Source of the DNA: the human T2T-CHM13v2.0 reference genome, Homo sapiens
Reading direction: 5' to 3' (one strand)
Length of the DNA: 64,000 nt
Assembly: GCF_009914755.1 (NCBI RefSeq)
Contig: NC_060926.1
This document shows positions 15,028 through 27,968 of this stretch, piece after piece. The number at the start of each line of letters is the position of its first letter. The first letter of the stretch is position 1. The notes below the pieces were generated by a model, which ran no database searches, was not told where the DNA came from, and was given only the letters and a program-made list of their open reading frames with translations. Made by a program: the position numbers and the translations under genes.

Positions 15028-17323
15028 TAAGAAGGTGGCTTCCATGAAGATCATTTTGCCCTGCGAGCACCCGGCTGGGTTGGATGTGCAGAGAGGGGTC
15101 TAGAGGAGTCGGCAGAGGAGATGGGAGGCCCCATGGGCTGCCTGAACAAAGGGAGAGGAGTCTGGAGAACACAGCAGGGAGAGCAGGGGTGAGGGGGAGA
15201 GAGGGGTGGCAGGGCCAGGGCTGTGAGAGGCGGCGGCTGGGACTTTGGCACTGTGCAGTGGGGAGGCCAAAGTCCCCAGTGAAGCGACTGAAGGGCATGT
15301 GAAGAACCTGAACGTGCTGTGTTCCAGGAGAAGCTGTTTCCCTATCCACTGTGCAGTGAAGGCCCCCACCTGCTCCCCGCTCCAGAATGGGAAGAGAGGG
15401 AGGGATAGACGCTGCACCTGGGTTATCACAGGGTGGCACAGAGAGAAATGCAGAAGCAGGGCCTAGAGGCTGAGGACCCCCGGAACCTAAGCCCCACCGC
15501 ACTGCCATTCTAGGGGACCAGAAGAAATCCTGGGGAGGGCCCTGGGTTCCTCCGCCCCTGGCATGGGGGTTCACATTCATCATGCTTAGACCTCAGGAAG
15601 CTGGGAGTCCCCCGCTGATATCTGGGTTATACCTACATTTTCTGACTTACTCCTCTCCGCATCTCTCTGCCAGAACTGTTATTCCCATTTTCCACCATGG
15701 GCACCCGAGGGTAGAGAGGTTAAGTAACTCGCTGAGGCCCCTGATGGTGTAGTTGAGCCGAGACTGAGAGTCCAGTGTGTCCCCTGCAATCCAGCCTCTT
15801 CGTTCTACACCATGTACCCTCTGGCCCTGCCTGACCCCTCCCCAACACCTGGCCAGAGCTGGGCTCACCCCACTCACTCAATACTTGTGCACTGCACGTG
15901 GAGGGGGCCAGCGCACAGGCATCGGGACTCTGAAGATGTGGGTTCGAATCCTGCTCTGACACTCACCGCCTCTGTTAGGTTTGGTACATTTAACTCTGCA
16001 AGCTTCAGTTTTCTCACCTGTGAAATGAGACCTGGGACAGGTGTGAATGAATGTTCGTATCTTCATCATTACCTGCCCAGCAGCGCACCAGGATGAAGGC
16101 CCCCTGGGAGAGCCTCACAGTAAGTGCAAGAAGCTCCAACCTGGCCCTCCTTTCTGTCCCTTCCAGCTCTGTGATGAGGCGTTTTTAGGACAAGCCCCCA
16201 AGTTCACCCCAGCTTTTCCTGCCGGCTCCATCCCTTGAGGAGTGAGCAGTCTACTCGGGGGAGCGGGAACCCCGCCAGGGACCCTGGGAAGGGCCAGTGA
16301 CCACCCAAGGCCCCTAGAAGGGCCTTTGGGACTAAGACCATGGCCGGAAATGGGCCAGATAGAGGCACTTGGTAGTGGCTGGTTTCTTAGTTCCCAGTTT
16401 AAATGGGGAACTGCAGAGACCACCCACCTAACCACAGGTGAAGGAACTTAGCCTTTCTCTGCTCCTGAGCCTTGGAGTTCCCAGTGTCTGGATTATATTC
16501 CTGGATCTTAAGACATGATGAATTACCGCCTCTGTGGAATGAAAAGCCCTCTCCCTATCTCCTTTCCTTCCTGCTCCTCTGCCGGGGCTGTGGGATTCCA
16601 GAACCCAGCTGGGGCTCCCCCTCTCTCTTCCCTTTTCTGCTCCTGGGATCTGCTCAGCCTCTGAGCAGCAACCAATTCTGTGGCACTGGTGATCCTGGGC
16701 TCAGGGTGCCGGCTGGAACATAGCTCAGGGGACCATAGCACAGATGCCCTTTCCAACTCCAGGAGGCATCGTTACCCATTTTACAGATGAGGCCCAAGTT
16801 TGCCCGAGTCCATGCCACTTGTCAGTGTGGCCTCTGAGCTTTGAGCCAGGGCCTGGCTGATATGAAAGGCTGCCAGAAGGAACTGTAAATGAGAACGAGA
16901 GTGGGGAAAGTGGGGGAAAGATCATCTTGCCTGCCTGTAGCAGAATGTGTCAATCACATTTCATGGGCAGTGTCTGGAACTGCCTTTTAGCATTACTTGA
17001 AAAACATTTAATTACTTTGTACAAATTAATAATAACAGTGCTACTAGATTTGCTCAGTGCCAGGCACTAAGTGCTTTACATCTGTGAACTCATTTAACTG
17101 AATTGGTCCCGGGGTTGGGATAGAACAGCTGCCCCTCCTTCAGCAGCGGTTCCAGCCGTCCTAGCTCTGCGGCCTGGCCACTTTGTTTTCCCCAATCCCT
17201 GGCCTCCAGGAGCAGGGCTCTCAGCTCCCCTGGCTCTCACGTCCTCACCTGAGCTGAGGAGAGGACAGGGTGGCTCTCTCCAGCTCCACACTGGTCTGTA
17301 TCAGGCTATTTCACCCTCATTCA

Positions 17324-17896
<573 letters not shown>

Positions 17897-18189
17897 TCAG
17901 CTTTCTCTCAGCAAGCCACTCCCTGGCCAAAATCTGAGCCTTGTCCCCACCTGGAAGGGCTCCATTCTTAAAATCCCCCTTCAGACTGTACCTTCCTGTG
18001 CACCCAACTCTCCCTTAGGCCTGCAGGGACTACCACCTCCTTTCTCCCCACTGCTCCTCCTTCCCTCCCTCCATGGCCCCCAGTCTCTCAGTTCTGTTAC
18101 ACATTCACTTGTATTCTATTTCCACCTCACCTCCAATGCCAGCATCTGAACACAATGATAAAAAAGGGAATGCTAGGTTCTTTTCACTT

Positions 18190-18610
18190 GGGACTGTTAA
18201 GCGCACAATTTCTAAGTGAAATATTAGCACAATGAATCAAACATTATATTATAAAAATACATCCTGCTCAAATAGAGTTTATTCAGGGAAAGCAAGCATG
18301 ATTAATACTGTTGAACTTTGTACTATAATTCCCATTAATAGGTCAAAAGAGGAAAAACAATTTGACTATCTAGATAGATGCCAAGAAACATATAACATCC
18401 AACATAGCTGCTTTAAAAAAAATCTCTTAGTAAAACTGAAATAGAAGTATGCTTCTTTGATGTGATTAAAAAATACCTGTGTCAGACCAATAGGCAGCAC
18501 CATGCGTGATGCTGAAACACGAGGGATATTGATGTTCAACTCAGGCACAAGAAGAGGATGCCAGGATTTGCCACTATTGTTTAACATCATTCTGGAACTG
18601 ACAACCGATG
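18190..18610 (+). mobile_element. Ancient L1M ORF2 reverse-transcriptase fragment
   Basis: 18541-18600 encodes SGTRRGCQDLPLLFNIILE, similar to L1 RT GTRQGCPLSPLLFNIVLE; otherwise degenerate. Confidence 0.7.
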
Positions 18611-18702
18611 CTGTTGATTAGAGGCAATTACTACGAGGCAATGATACCCCAGTAGCAGTAAGCTAGAAAGCCCCAGATCTCAATTTTTAAATGCCATTCT
18701 CC

Positions 18703-19588
18703 TTAAACAAATTTATAAGAAAAAATCAAACAACCCCATCAAAAAGTGGGCAAAGGATATGAACAGACACTTCTCAAAAGAAGACATTTATGCAGCCAAA
18801 AAACACATGAAAAAATGCTCACCATCACTGGCCATCAGAGAAATGCAAATCAAAACCACAATGAGATACCATCTCACACCAGTTAGAATGGTGATCATTA
18901 AAAAGTCAGGAAACAACAGGTGCTGGAGAGGATGTGGAGAAATAGGAACACTTTTACACTGTTGGTGGGACTGTAAACTAGTTCAACTATTGTGGAAGAC
19001 AGTGTGGCGATTCCTCAGGGATCTAGAACTAGCAATTCCATTTGACCCAGCCATCCCATTACTGGGCATATACCCAAAGGATTATAAATCATGCTGCTAT
19101 AAAGACCCATGCACTCGTATGTTTACAGCGGCACTATTCACAATAGCAAAGACTTGGAACTAACCCAAATGTCCATCAGTGATAGACTGGGTTAAGAAAA
19201 TGTGGCACATATACACCATGGAATACTATGCAGCCATAAAAAAGGATGAGTTCATGTCCTTTGTAGGGACATGGATGAAGCTAGAAATCATCATTCTGAG
19301 CAAACTGTCACAAGGACAGAAAACCAAACACCGCATGTTCTCACTCATAGGTGGGAATTAAACAATGAGAACACTTGGACACAGGGTGGGGACCATCACA
19401 CACCGGGGCCTGTGGTGGGGTAGGGGGAGCGGGGAGGGATAGCATTAGGAGATACACTTAATGTAAATGATGAATTAACGGGTGCAGCACACCAACATGG
19501 CACATGTATACATATGTAACAAATCTGCACGTTGTGCACGTGTACCCTAGAACTTAAAAGTATAATAATAATGAGTAAATAAATAAAT
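18703..19588 (+). mobile_element. 5'-truncated L1PA (ORF2 C-terminus with Cys/His knuckle + 3'UTR)
   Basis: ORF 18759-19163 is the L1 ORF2 C-terminus ([19 protein letters not shown]) with a premature TAA; TSD AAATGCCATTCTCC at 18689-702 and 19589-602. Confidence 0.95.
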
Positions 19589-19602
19589 AAATGCCATTCT
19601 CC

Positions 19603-20890
19603 ACTAAACAGAACCAGAGATCCTTGGAGAAAGGGGTGATCCCAGGACTGGAACAGAGATAATGCAAGATGAGACTGGAACATCTTTTTGTGTCAGAAAG
19701 TAAGGAAGTGCTCAAAGAACAACGCGGACATGTCAAAATGACACAGGAGTCTGCCTGAAGGGGCTCCTACTGACTAAAACTGAGAGAATTTGAGCATCAA
19801 AAGAAATAATTACAGTAACGGATCACAACGCTTTGACTACAGTGGAGATCCATGGGTCCAGATGGATATAAGTGAATGAATGAATAAATAAATGAGGGAG
19901 AAAGGAAAACTCTTACAGTAGAATGCCAGCTGATAAATGTAGAGTGAGTGACAGAAATAGTCACTGTTTGGCAACCATCATAATGGTGATTGATTAAGGT
20001 CAGAGTCATCAAACGATGCTAAGGCTGGTGGGCGAGATTTGATGAGGAACAGGCTTTATAGTCTTGGCATCTCCTCACCACATACCTATCAAATGCAAAG
20101 GGAAAGACGGTGAGTTTATGGTGGAGAAATCTTTCAGGCACCAACCTGACCTGGTGTCAAGGTTAACATCACTAATGGTGGGACAGGTCAGAATCATAAG
20201 CCCAATGTGTAATGCCCCGAGGAGAACATGGCATCTCTTCTGTGGCATCCTTGCCAAGAATGCCCAGCCCCAGAGTGGCAACTGACAGACTCATTTGGGG
20301 GGCCATATTCTACCAAATAAATGGCCCAAACTTTTGAAGACTGTCAAGGTCACAAAAGACAAGGAGAGATTGAAGATCTGTTTCCTATTCAAGGAAACTA
20401 ATGAGGCATGACAACTCAACGCAGCTCAGAACCCTGACTTGGAACCTGGACCAGAAAGGCAAATGAGGCATCACTGGGACAGTTGGAGAAATCTGGATGC
20501 GGTCCATGGGTTGGAGGATGGTGTTAAATTAATTATGACTTCCTAATTTGGAGGATTTAATGATAGTAACAAGGAGAAGATGTTGTGTTGGGGAAATATA
20601 AACTGGAGTACTTAGGGGTAATGAGGCATCGAGTCTATAAATTGTTCTGAAATTCTCAAATGGTTCAGCAAAAAAAAAAAAAAAAACAAAAAAAAAACAG
20701 ATGCAACTCTCTATACATATATACATAGGAAGAGAAAGAGACAGGAATAGGGAGGCACAGAGAGAGAGAGAAGGCACAAATATGGTAAAATGTTAACAAT
20801 CAGAGAAACTGGGTGAAGGGGATATAGCAGTTCCTTGTACTGTTCTTGAAATGTTTCTGGAAGTTTAAAGTTATTTTAAAATAAATTACT
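19603..20890 (+). mobile_element. Old L1MC-type 3' end (host of the L1PA; left part at ~18640-18702)
   Basis: Resembles recalled L1MC4 3' consensus (ccattctcc..aaccagagatccttggagaaa..aaggaagtgctcaaagaa); typical L1M terminus near 20810-20885. Confidence 0.65.
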
Positions 20891-22214
20891 AGTGAATAAA
20901 CCTAACACCACCCCAGGTTACCCTGCAACTGGCTTTTGCACAGCTCTGCCAACAGGTGCCACTGCAAATGTGTGGTGCCCAATGCTCACGAGTGCTTTTA
21001 CTTGTGGTCAACAGCCCCTTGCGTTCCTGAGACAGAGTTTCCAAACTTTTACCTCTGTCCTCGAGCCCCCACCTGTCTCTCTCCCCATCCTTTTTTGTCA
21101 GATGACCTAACCCCTATTTTTCAGAGCAAACATAGGCCAACCTGGAGAGTCTTCCCTGAATTTCCCTAACATGACAATTTGCAAATGCTATACATCAGGT
21201 TATTGTTGTTTTGGGTTTTGGGGGTTACTTGGATTTTTTTTTTAAGAACTGGATATTAAACATTTACCAATACACCACTGAGTATCAATGTCTCTCATCT
21301 CGTGCTCTTGTCCTAGGGAGTGGGTTGCAGGACGATTGCGTGGAGTTGTGTAACAGGGCAACCCTGGTAGGGATTGATGTTCTGAGGCTGGGCTTGCTGT
21401 TGAATACCTCTGTTGAATGCCTCTGCAGCTTGCTGCATTAATGAATTGATTTTACTTTACGTGCTTGGAATTATGACTTATTATGCAAACAAGTGCAACC
21501 TATCTTCAAATTACTAGCTCTGGGACACTATTTTTTTTTTTTTAATAGTCACCGTATCCACATGGCAGGGCGCCATAGAACCAACCACAAGCACCAGGGG
21601 ATCCTGATTGTGCCCAGGAAGCAAATGCATGTCTTCCTGAAAAGGTAAACCAAGGACTCTCTTGTCCCCTCAATGTGGTGGGCAGCCTGGCACACACCCC
21701 ACCTCATCAGTCTTGTAACCTCCTGTTTCTACTTCTCTTAGCTGCTCCCGTAAAGATAGCTTGAAAGGCTGGGCTGCCCTTGGTTCACCCAAGGCTCGAC
21801 GTGATCCCACATACAAGGTGACCAGAGGAGTTTGGGGAGTGCAGAGAAAAAGAGGGAGTCTGTTCTCAAAGCCCCGGAGCAAAGGGGTTGCCCGGGGTCT
21901 TGACTGTCTCTGCCCTTTCATGCCCTATGCTTCCATCTCCTGCAGCTGCCCTCTTTCCAGTGCCTTCAATGCCAGCTTCTGCTGCCCAACCAGACTGAAG
22001 ATGGGCTGCCCGGTGCACACTTCCTGGTGCAGCATGAGGCGGAGGGAAGAATCAGGGAAGCAGGTCATGAGGTGCCTGCTCTGAGCCTCTCACTGGCCCC
22101 TTGTGGACTCTGACTGGTCCAAAGGAAGGTGCCCTAAGTGGACCCTGGGGGTCGGGGGCACCCAAGCCTGGGCAGCATCAAATTCTAGGTATACTAGGTG
22201 AGCACCTACCCTTC

Positions 22215-22550
22215 TGCCCTGTTTTGATTTCTTTCTGTGCCTTAGTTTTCCCATATATGAAATGGAACTAATCACCCTCAAAACACCCCTGCAAGGTACT
22301 AATTACTGTCTTTGAAAGGCTTTGAGATCCTTGCGTGGAAAATAACAGTACTAATAATGGATAATAACACTCTCCTTCTCCAGGGCCTTTCATCCACGGA
22401 TCTCAAAGCCCTTCACAAACCTTAATTATTCTCACAACACCCCAGCGCAGGAGGCTGATGGTCATTAGCCCTATTTTACTGGTGGGGAAACTGAGAGAAG
22501 CCAGGAGACTGGCTTGAGGCCACACAGTAAGTTAGAAATCCTATGAAGGT
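22215..22550. mobile_element. Two tail-to-tail MIR/MIR3-like ancient SINEs
   Basis: + core cttagttttcccatatatgaaatgg, - core ctattttactggtggggaaactgag; inverted tails ggctttgagatcc / ggatctcaaagcc. Confidence 0.6.
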
Positions 22551-25500
22551 TGGAACTCACAGCCCCCTGCCACTTGGGAAGAACTCAGACAATGGGGGCT
22601 TCCACCCAGCCCGGCAGGGGGCAGGAGCCCAGCAGGGCAGCAGTAGAGCCTCCCAGCCCACCAGGGCCCTTGGAGTGGCTGCAGAGGGGAGACTTGGGAA
22701 AACAGGAGGAGGCCCATAAGCATGGGCTTTGCTGGCCTGGCCTGGCGATTTGGGAAGAGAAGTAGCATTTATAGGGTTGTTCCTGAATGTCTTCAGGAAG
22801 TAAGTGGGCCTCCTCCAAAAAAGATAGACTACGGACTCATTTGTCCACTGAGCCCTTGATGGGGTTGGCAGCCTGGCATCCCCACCCCCAGGCCTCTATG
22901 GCTAGTAGGGCTAATGACCTTCAACCTCCAACATACACCAGATCCCATAAAAGGAACTTTTGTGTTGTGGCCTCCTCCTACCTGTGAGGAAGGGCATAGT
23001 GTTCCCATGAGGCAACTTGCTGTTGCCTTCATTGGCCCTAATACAACTGCAGGCCATCTAGGTACTGTTAGCACTAGGTCCTATTAACCATCATTTTAGA
23101 GATGGGGAAACTGAGGTACACAGAGGAACACTGACTTGCTCAAGGGTGTGGCTGTGACAAGTCACTGTTCTTCAATGACCTCTCCCCGCCCCCTCCCAAC
23201 CCCAAGCGAGCAGGTGAGGCTGAATGAGATCATGTCCAGAAGGCCTTTGAAGTGTGTGGAGACTGCAGCTCTGGGGCCTCCCAGCGGAAGATGGAAAGCC
23301 TGGGGTCCTGGGCTCAGTGTCATCCCACAGAAGAATGGAGACAGCAGGGTCACCTGGACTGACCGGGGATCACCTGGGGACATGTCCTGCCTCTGAGCTT
23401 CTCTGGGGGAGGACCATGCTTCCTGGGACAGAGGGGTGAGCCCATCTCTGTTTGGGGCAGAGAGGCTCTGAGACCAGAGCCGTGTGATGGGACAGCTACT
23501 CCCCTTCTGCCAGGCCCAGTGCTCCAAGGGGTTAACCTAGGAGACCTCTGAGGTCCCTGCCAGCTCTGACAGTCCCAAGTCCCTTAACTTAGAGCCACAC
23601 TCTTCAGAACACTGTCTGTTTTTCATGATTGCCCCTGCATAAGCTTAAAGAATGTTAGAAAGCAGATTCATCCCAGAGACAGTGGCAGGACCTTGAAGAT
23701 CCAGCAGGGTGTCGGGAGCCCCGGCTCGGGCTCCTGGCCATCTCACAGACATACTGTGTGATCTGCACAAGGGCCTTCCTGCTCCTTGCCTCAGTTTCCC
23801 TGTTGGTAAAAACAGCAATGGAGAATACCCATGAAGTAATCCTGAGGGGGCTTGTGAAGCCCAAGGAAAGATATGCAGGGGGTGGCAAGATGAGCTTTTC
23901 TTGGCCAGGGAGAGAGCATGCAGGGAACACAGCACTTACAGAATGAAATGGGGGCGGTGCACGTAGCATTTTCTTTTGGGGACAATGCTAAAAGCTCTAT
24001 TACAGTTTTCCTCACAGCCTGCCCAGCCTTGATAGAAGTAATATCTCATGTCTGTGTAGCCTTTTACCTAAGTGAGCAACAGGCTTTCTCTCCTACGTTA
24101 TGTCTTTCCATTCCCCTGGACACCTCAGGGAACAGGTATAGTACCCTCAATTTACGGACGGGGAGACTGAGGCTCAGAAAGATGCAGTAATCTGCTGGAG
24201 GACACACAGGTAGTAAGGGGCAAACCCAGGCCTCGAAGCCAGCAGGCCCTTTGAGACATGCTTCTCTAGAAAGTTTCACCCCATGGAGTCCTTCCTGGGA
24301 CCAGTACAAGGCAGGTCCGTCCTAGTGGTTGGGAGTGTGGTCACCACGTGCCTGCGTTGAGGGTCTGGATCACAGAGCCCACTTTCTGGATCCTTTTCCT
24401 CCTCTCGAGGGCCCCAGGAGGGTGGGCAAGGTCTCTTGGAATGGGGGGGCCTGGCCCCACGTGCGAGGTGAGGGCAGAGTGGGCGAGGTCCCTTGGGGTG
24501 GGAGGCCTGGCCCTCCTGACGGTGAGGGCAGGGTGCGGCCAGCAGTAGTTGGGAGGTGCGGGAGGCTCCTGCTCGCTGGCTGGGCAGGGTGGGGCAGGGC
24601 GGGGCAGGCACTGGGAACAGGGTGACCTGGACACCGCGACCTGCGATCACTGAACGAGGCACGCAGCGGTGGTGGTGGAGATAGGGAGACCCTCTGTGCC
24701 GGGGGGACCCTCACCAAGGTGGGCACCCTCTGAGCCTCCCGCCCCGCTAGCTCCCCCTTGGCCACCTCTAGGCAGCTTCCAGCAAGGATGTTCCTTCTCC
24801 CTCCCAACAGGCCCTCACCTGGAGCCTGCTCGGACCTGCCCTCTCCACAAAGCATGGTAGCAACTCCCCGGGGCAGAAAGTGTCTCTTCTGAAAGCAAGA
24901 CAAGAGTTTAATGAAGCCCTAAACGCGCACAGTTGAGCCTGAAATTAGGGTGGTGAAGGGAGGGGAAGAAGGCAGTTGAGGACATGGGGGCTTCAGCCCA
25001 GCCCTGCCCCAGCTGAGCAAAGCAACCCGCAAGCAAACATTTGCAGAGCCCGAGGGCTTGGTTACAAAACATTTCTGACCTAGAAAGGGGAGAATGCCAC
25101 GTTCCCTTCCCCCCAGACTCAGGTTTGGGGAGTGGTATTGGGGTTTGGGGTTAATTTGGAAAGGGGGAACCAACAGGTAAAGAGAGGCCACCTCTGAAGG
25201 TGGATGCCTGGGTCTCTGAGGGTGTGGGGGGAAGCATGGGTCTGCCCGGACTGAAGCTGGGCAGGTGGGAACCCTCCCCACCCTGAGAGGGAGGGAAGGA
25301 GGGAGGACACTGAGGGCTGCTGGGCTCTAGGTAAGCCAGTCAGACTGCACACACAGGTGTGCCAGGGCTGGGACTCCTGCCCAGGACACCCAGCACCGCT
25401 CTACCAGGTGGGCAAAGCTCATTCTGCTCCCCAAAGAGGAAGGGAGTGGCCAGCCCTGAAGGGAGTGGCCAGCCCTGATTGACACAACCAGCTGGGCTCC

Positions 25501-26435
25501 TGGCTTTAGGGACAAAGCAACTGAGACTTGCTTTTACCAATGGTTGCAGGCATCTGGACAACTGGCAGTGTTGAAGGGAGCACTGGCCTCAGCCCCTCTC
25601 TATCCTGTCCCCAGGTCTCCCCAAAATGCTGCTGAGACATTCAAACCGCAGCCTCCTCCTTTACCTGGTAATTGATCCTCTTTTGCCCTGCAACTTGGGT
25701 TTGGTCTTAATTTGCCAGGCACTAAAGGCAAGAAGAGACGGGCAGGAGGGCGTGTTATCGCTTGTCTCCGGGCACAGAGGCTGTTGCAACAGAGCTCCTG
25801 AGTGCGTGTAAGAGTGCACGCGTGTAGCAGAGGAAGGGAACAGGCTGCACATGGGGTGGAGGATGGGTGCCAGCTTTCCTCCCTTGTGTGTGCCTATGGC
25901 AGGGGGAGGGTCACTGGGCTGATTTCTGTCCCTGAGGCAGGAGACCCCAGGACACAAAACAGACCCAGCAAGGCCTCTGTAGCTGCAGCCGGTGCCTGAG
26001 CTGCTCAGCCTCCCTGTGCTGACTGACACTGACTGAAGCTGGTCTCATAGCCCAACTCGTAGCTTCTCAGCCAGTCTTGACTGGCACCTGCCTGGCAGCC
26101 CATTGACCACTTAGTGGAGATGGTATGACACCCTGGGGGCTAGAAGCTGGTTGTAGGTTCTTTGACTTTAAGGGACTATCTTCTAAAGAGGCCAAAGTAG
26201 GCACCTTTGCTGGTGGCTCTGGCAGAGCTGCGGAAGCAGCAGCTCAAGTTCTGCCTTGAAGCTGAGTCCATTTGCTTTCCCCCTTCCCGGGACAGACGCG
26301 GAATCCTACCACAGTTATCCCATCACCGAATCAAAGGTATCATGGGGGGTGACGACCAGTGGGCAGGGGGTCAGAAGAGGCCCTGGGATCACTCAGTGCA
26401 GACTCCTTCGCCGCCTTCCTCCTCAGCACCCCTAC

Positions 26436-26902
26436 CTCTCTTGGTTTCCTGTGGCTGCTATAACAGAGGACCACAAACTTGGTGGTTTAAAATAACAGAC
26501 TCTTCCTCTTTCACAGTTCTGGAGGCCAGAAGTCGGAAATCAAGGTGTCGGCAGGGCCTCGCTCCCTCTGGAGGCCCTAGGGAGATCCATTCCTCATCAC
26601 TTCCAGCTTCTGGAGCTGTCAGCATTCTTTAGCTTGTCCCTGCATCTGTCTCTGCTCTGTCTTTGTGAGGCCTTCTCTGTGTGCGTCATCTCCCTCTACC
26701 CCACTCTTATAAGGATACTTCCTGTTGAATTGTGGGTCTGCCCAGATAATCCAAGAATCCAAGATGATCTCCTCCTCTCAAGATTCTTAACCTCCTTACA
26801 TCTGCAAAGACCCTTTTTCCAAATAAGCTCACATTCACACGTTCCCGGGATCTGGACACAGACCTATCTTTTTGGGAGACCACCATTCAACCTGCTATAC
26901 CA
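26436..26902 (-). mobile_element. MaLR solo LTR (MLT1C-like)
   Basis: ggctgctataaca..ccacaaacttggtggtttaaaa..cacagttctggaggccagaagtc..acatctgcaaagaccc. Confidence 0.8.
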
Positions 26903-27916
26903 TTCAGTGGTTGGTAGGTTGTGGCTTAGACCCCTCTAGTGATGGGCGGCTCACTACTGCATGAGTTGGCTCCATCTATGTCCAAACAGGTCTAATTATT
27001 TTAAAGTTCTTACTTGGGTGGAGCTGAAATTTTGCTCAACAGGAACTTTTACCCACTGGCCTTAGTTCTGGTCTTCAGAGTACATACATCTAAATAAATA
27101 AACCCTCCAATCCCACCACCTCTGCCCCTGATTACAAGGCAAAAACAAAATGAGAAAAAGGATGAATGGGCTTAGTTTTGATACCAGGGAAAATGCAGAG
27201 ACTCCGGTCTCCCTGGTGGCCCTGTCCCTAGGACTTTGTGCCTGTTTCCTCGCCGTAACACCAGAGAGTGGCCGAATCACCGTTTCATGGGATGCTTTTG
27301 AGAAATGCATCCTGGAGAGTCCCAATTTGCACTGGTACATTAAAGGCTCTGAGAAGTCCTAAGTAAAGAAATCCACTTAACCCCAATATTTTCCAAACTT
27401 ATTTGAAAATACAGTGCTTTTATCCACTACCATCTTCTATCACCTTGCAAAACTTCCTCACTCTTTGGGGAAATGCTTTCAGTGATGCCTCGGGGTCTTT
27501 TCCAGCTTTCACAATCTGTTTAGGTCAAACCTAATCGTTCATGTGCTCAGATGCCCATCCCTAGCGCTGTTGTTAAGCATTTTGCTGGAGGTAACAAATA
27601 ATCTGGAAAATTAGAGGCCCCTGCCCCAAGCCACAGACAGCCAGGGTGAGGCTGTGGGCGATGGCCTCCGCCTAGGGGCCCTGGGCCTCTCTAGCTCCTA
27701 CCTGGCACTACAGGAAGCGGAGGGCCCCTGTGGGAGGAAGCCAGGGAAGTAAGGAGTATTTCTGTTGCTCTGTCCCCTGGAGATCCAGACCTTGTCTCAA
27801 CTTCAGACTCAGCACTGCTCAGCCATCCTCGTTAGGTAATGCTGTCTCTGAATCAGGTCTTCTGGAAGCTTTATTTGAAGGTCTCAATTAACTTCTACCT
27901 TGGCTGTGGGGGGCGG

Positions 27917-27918
<2 letters not shown>

Positions 27919-27965
<47 letters not shown>
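27919..27965. repeat. (AC)~23 microsatellite
   Basis: Direct read. Confidence 0.95.

Positions 27966-27968
<3 letters not shown>

Noticed and set aside
18759-19361. 134-aa and 60-aa ORFs as genes
   Set aside because: Fragments of L1 ORF2 in a 5'-truncated copy with a premature stop
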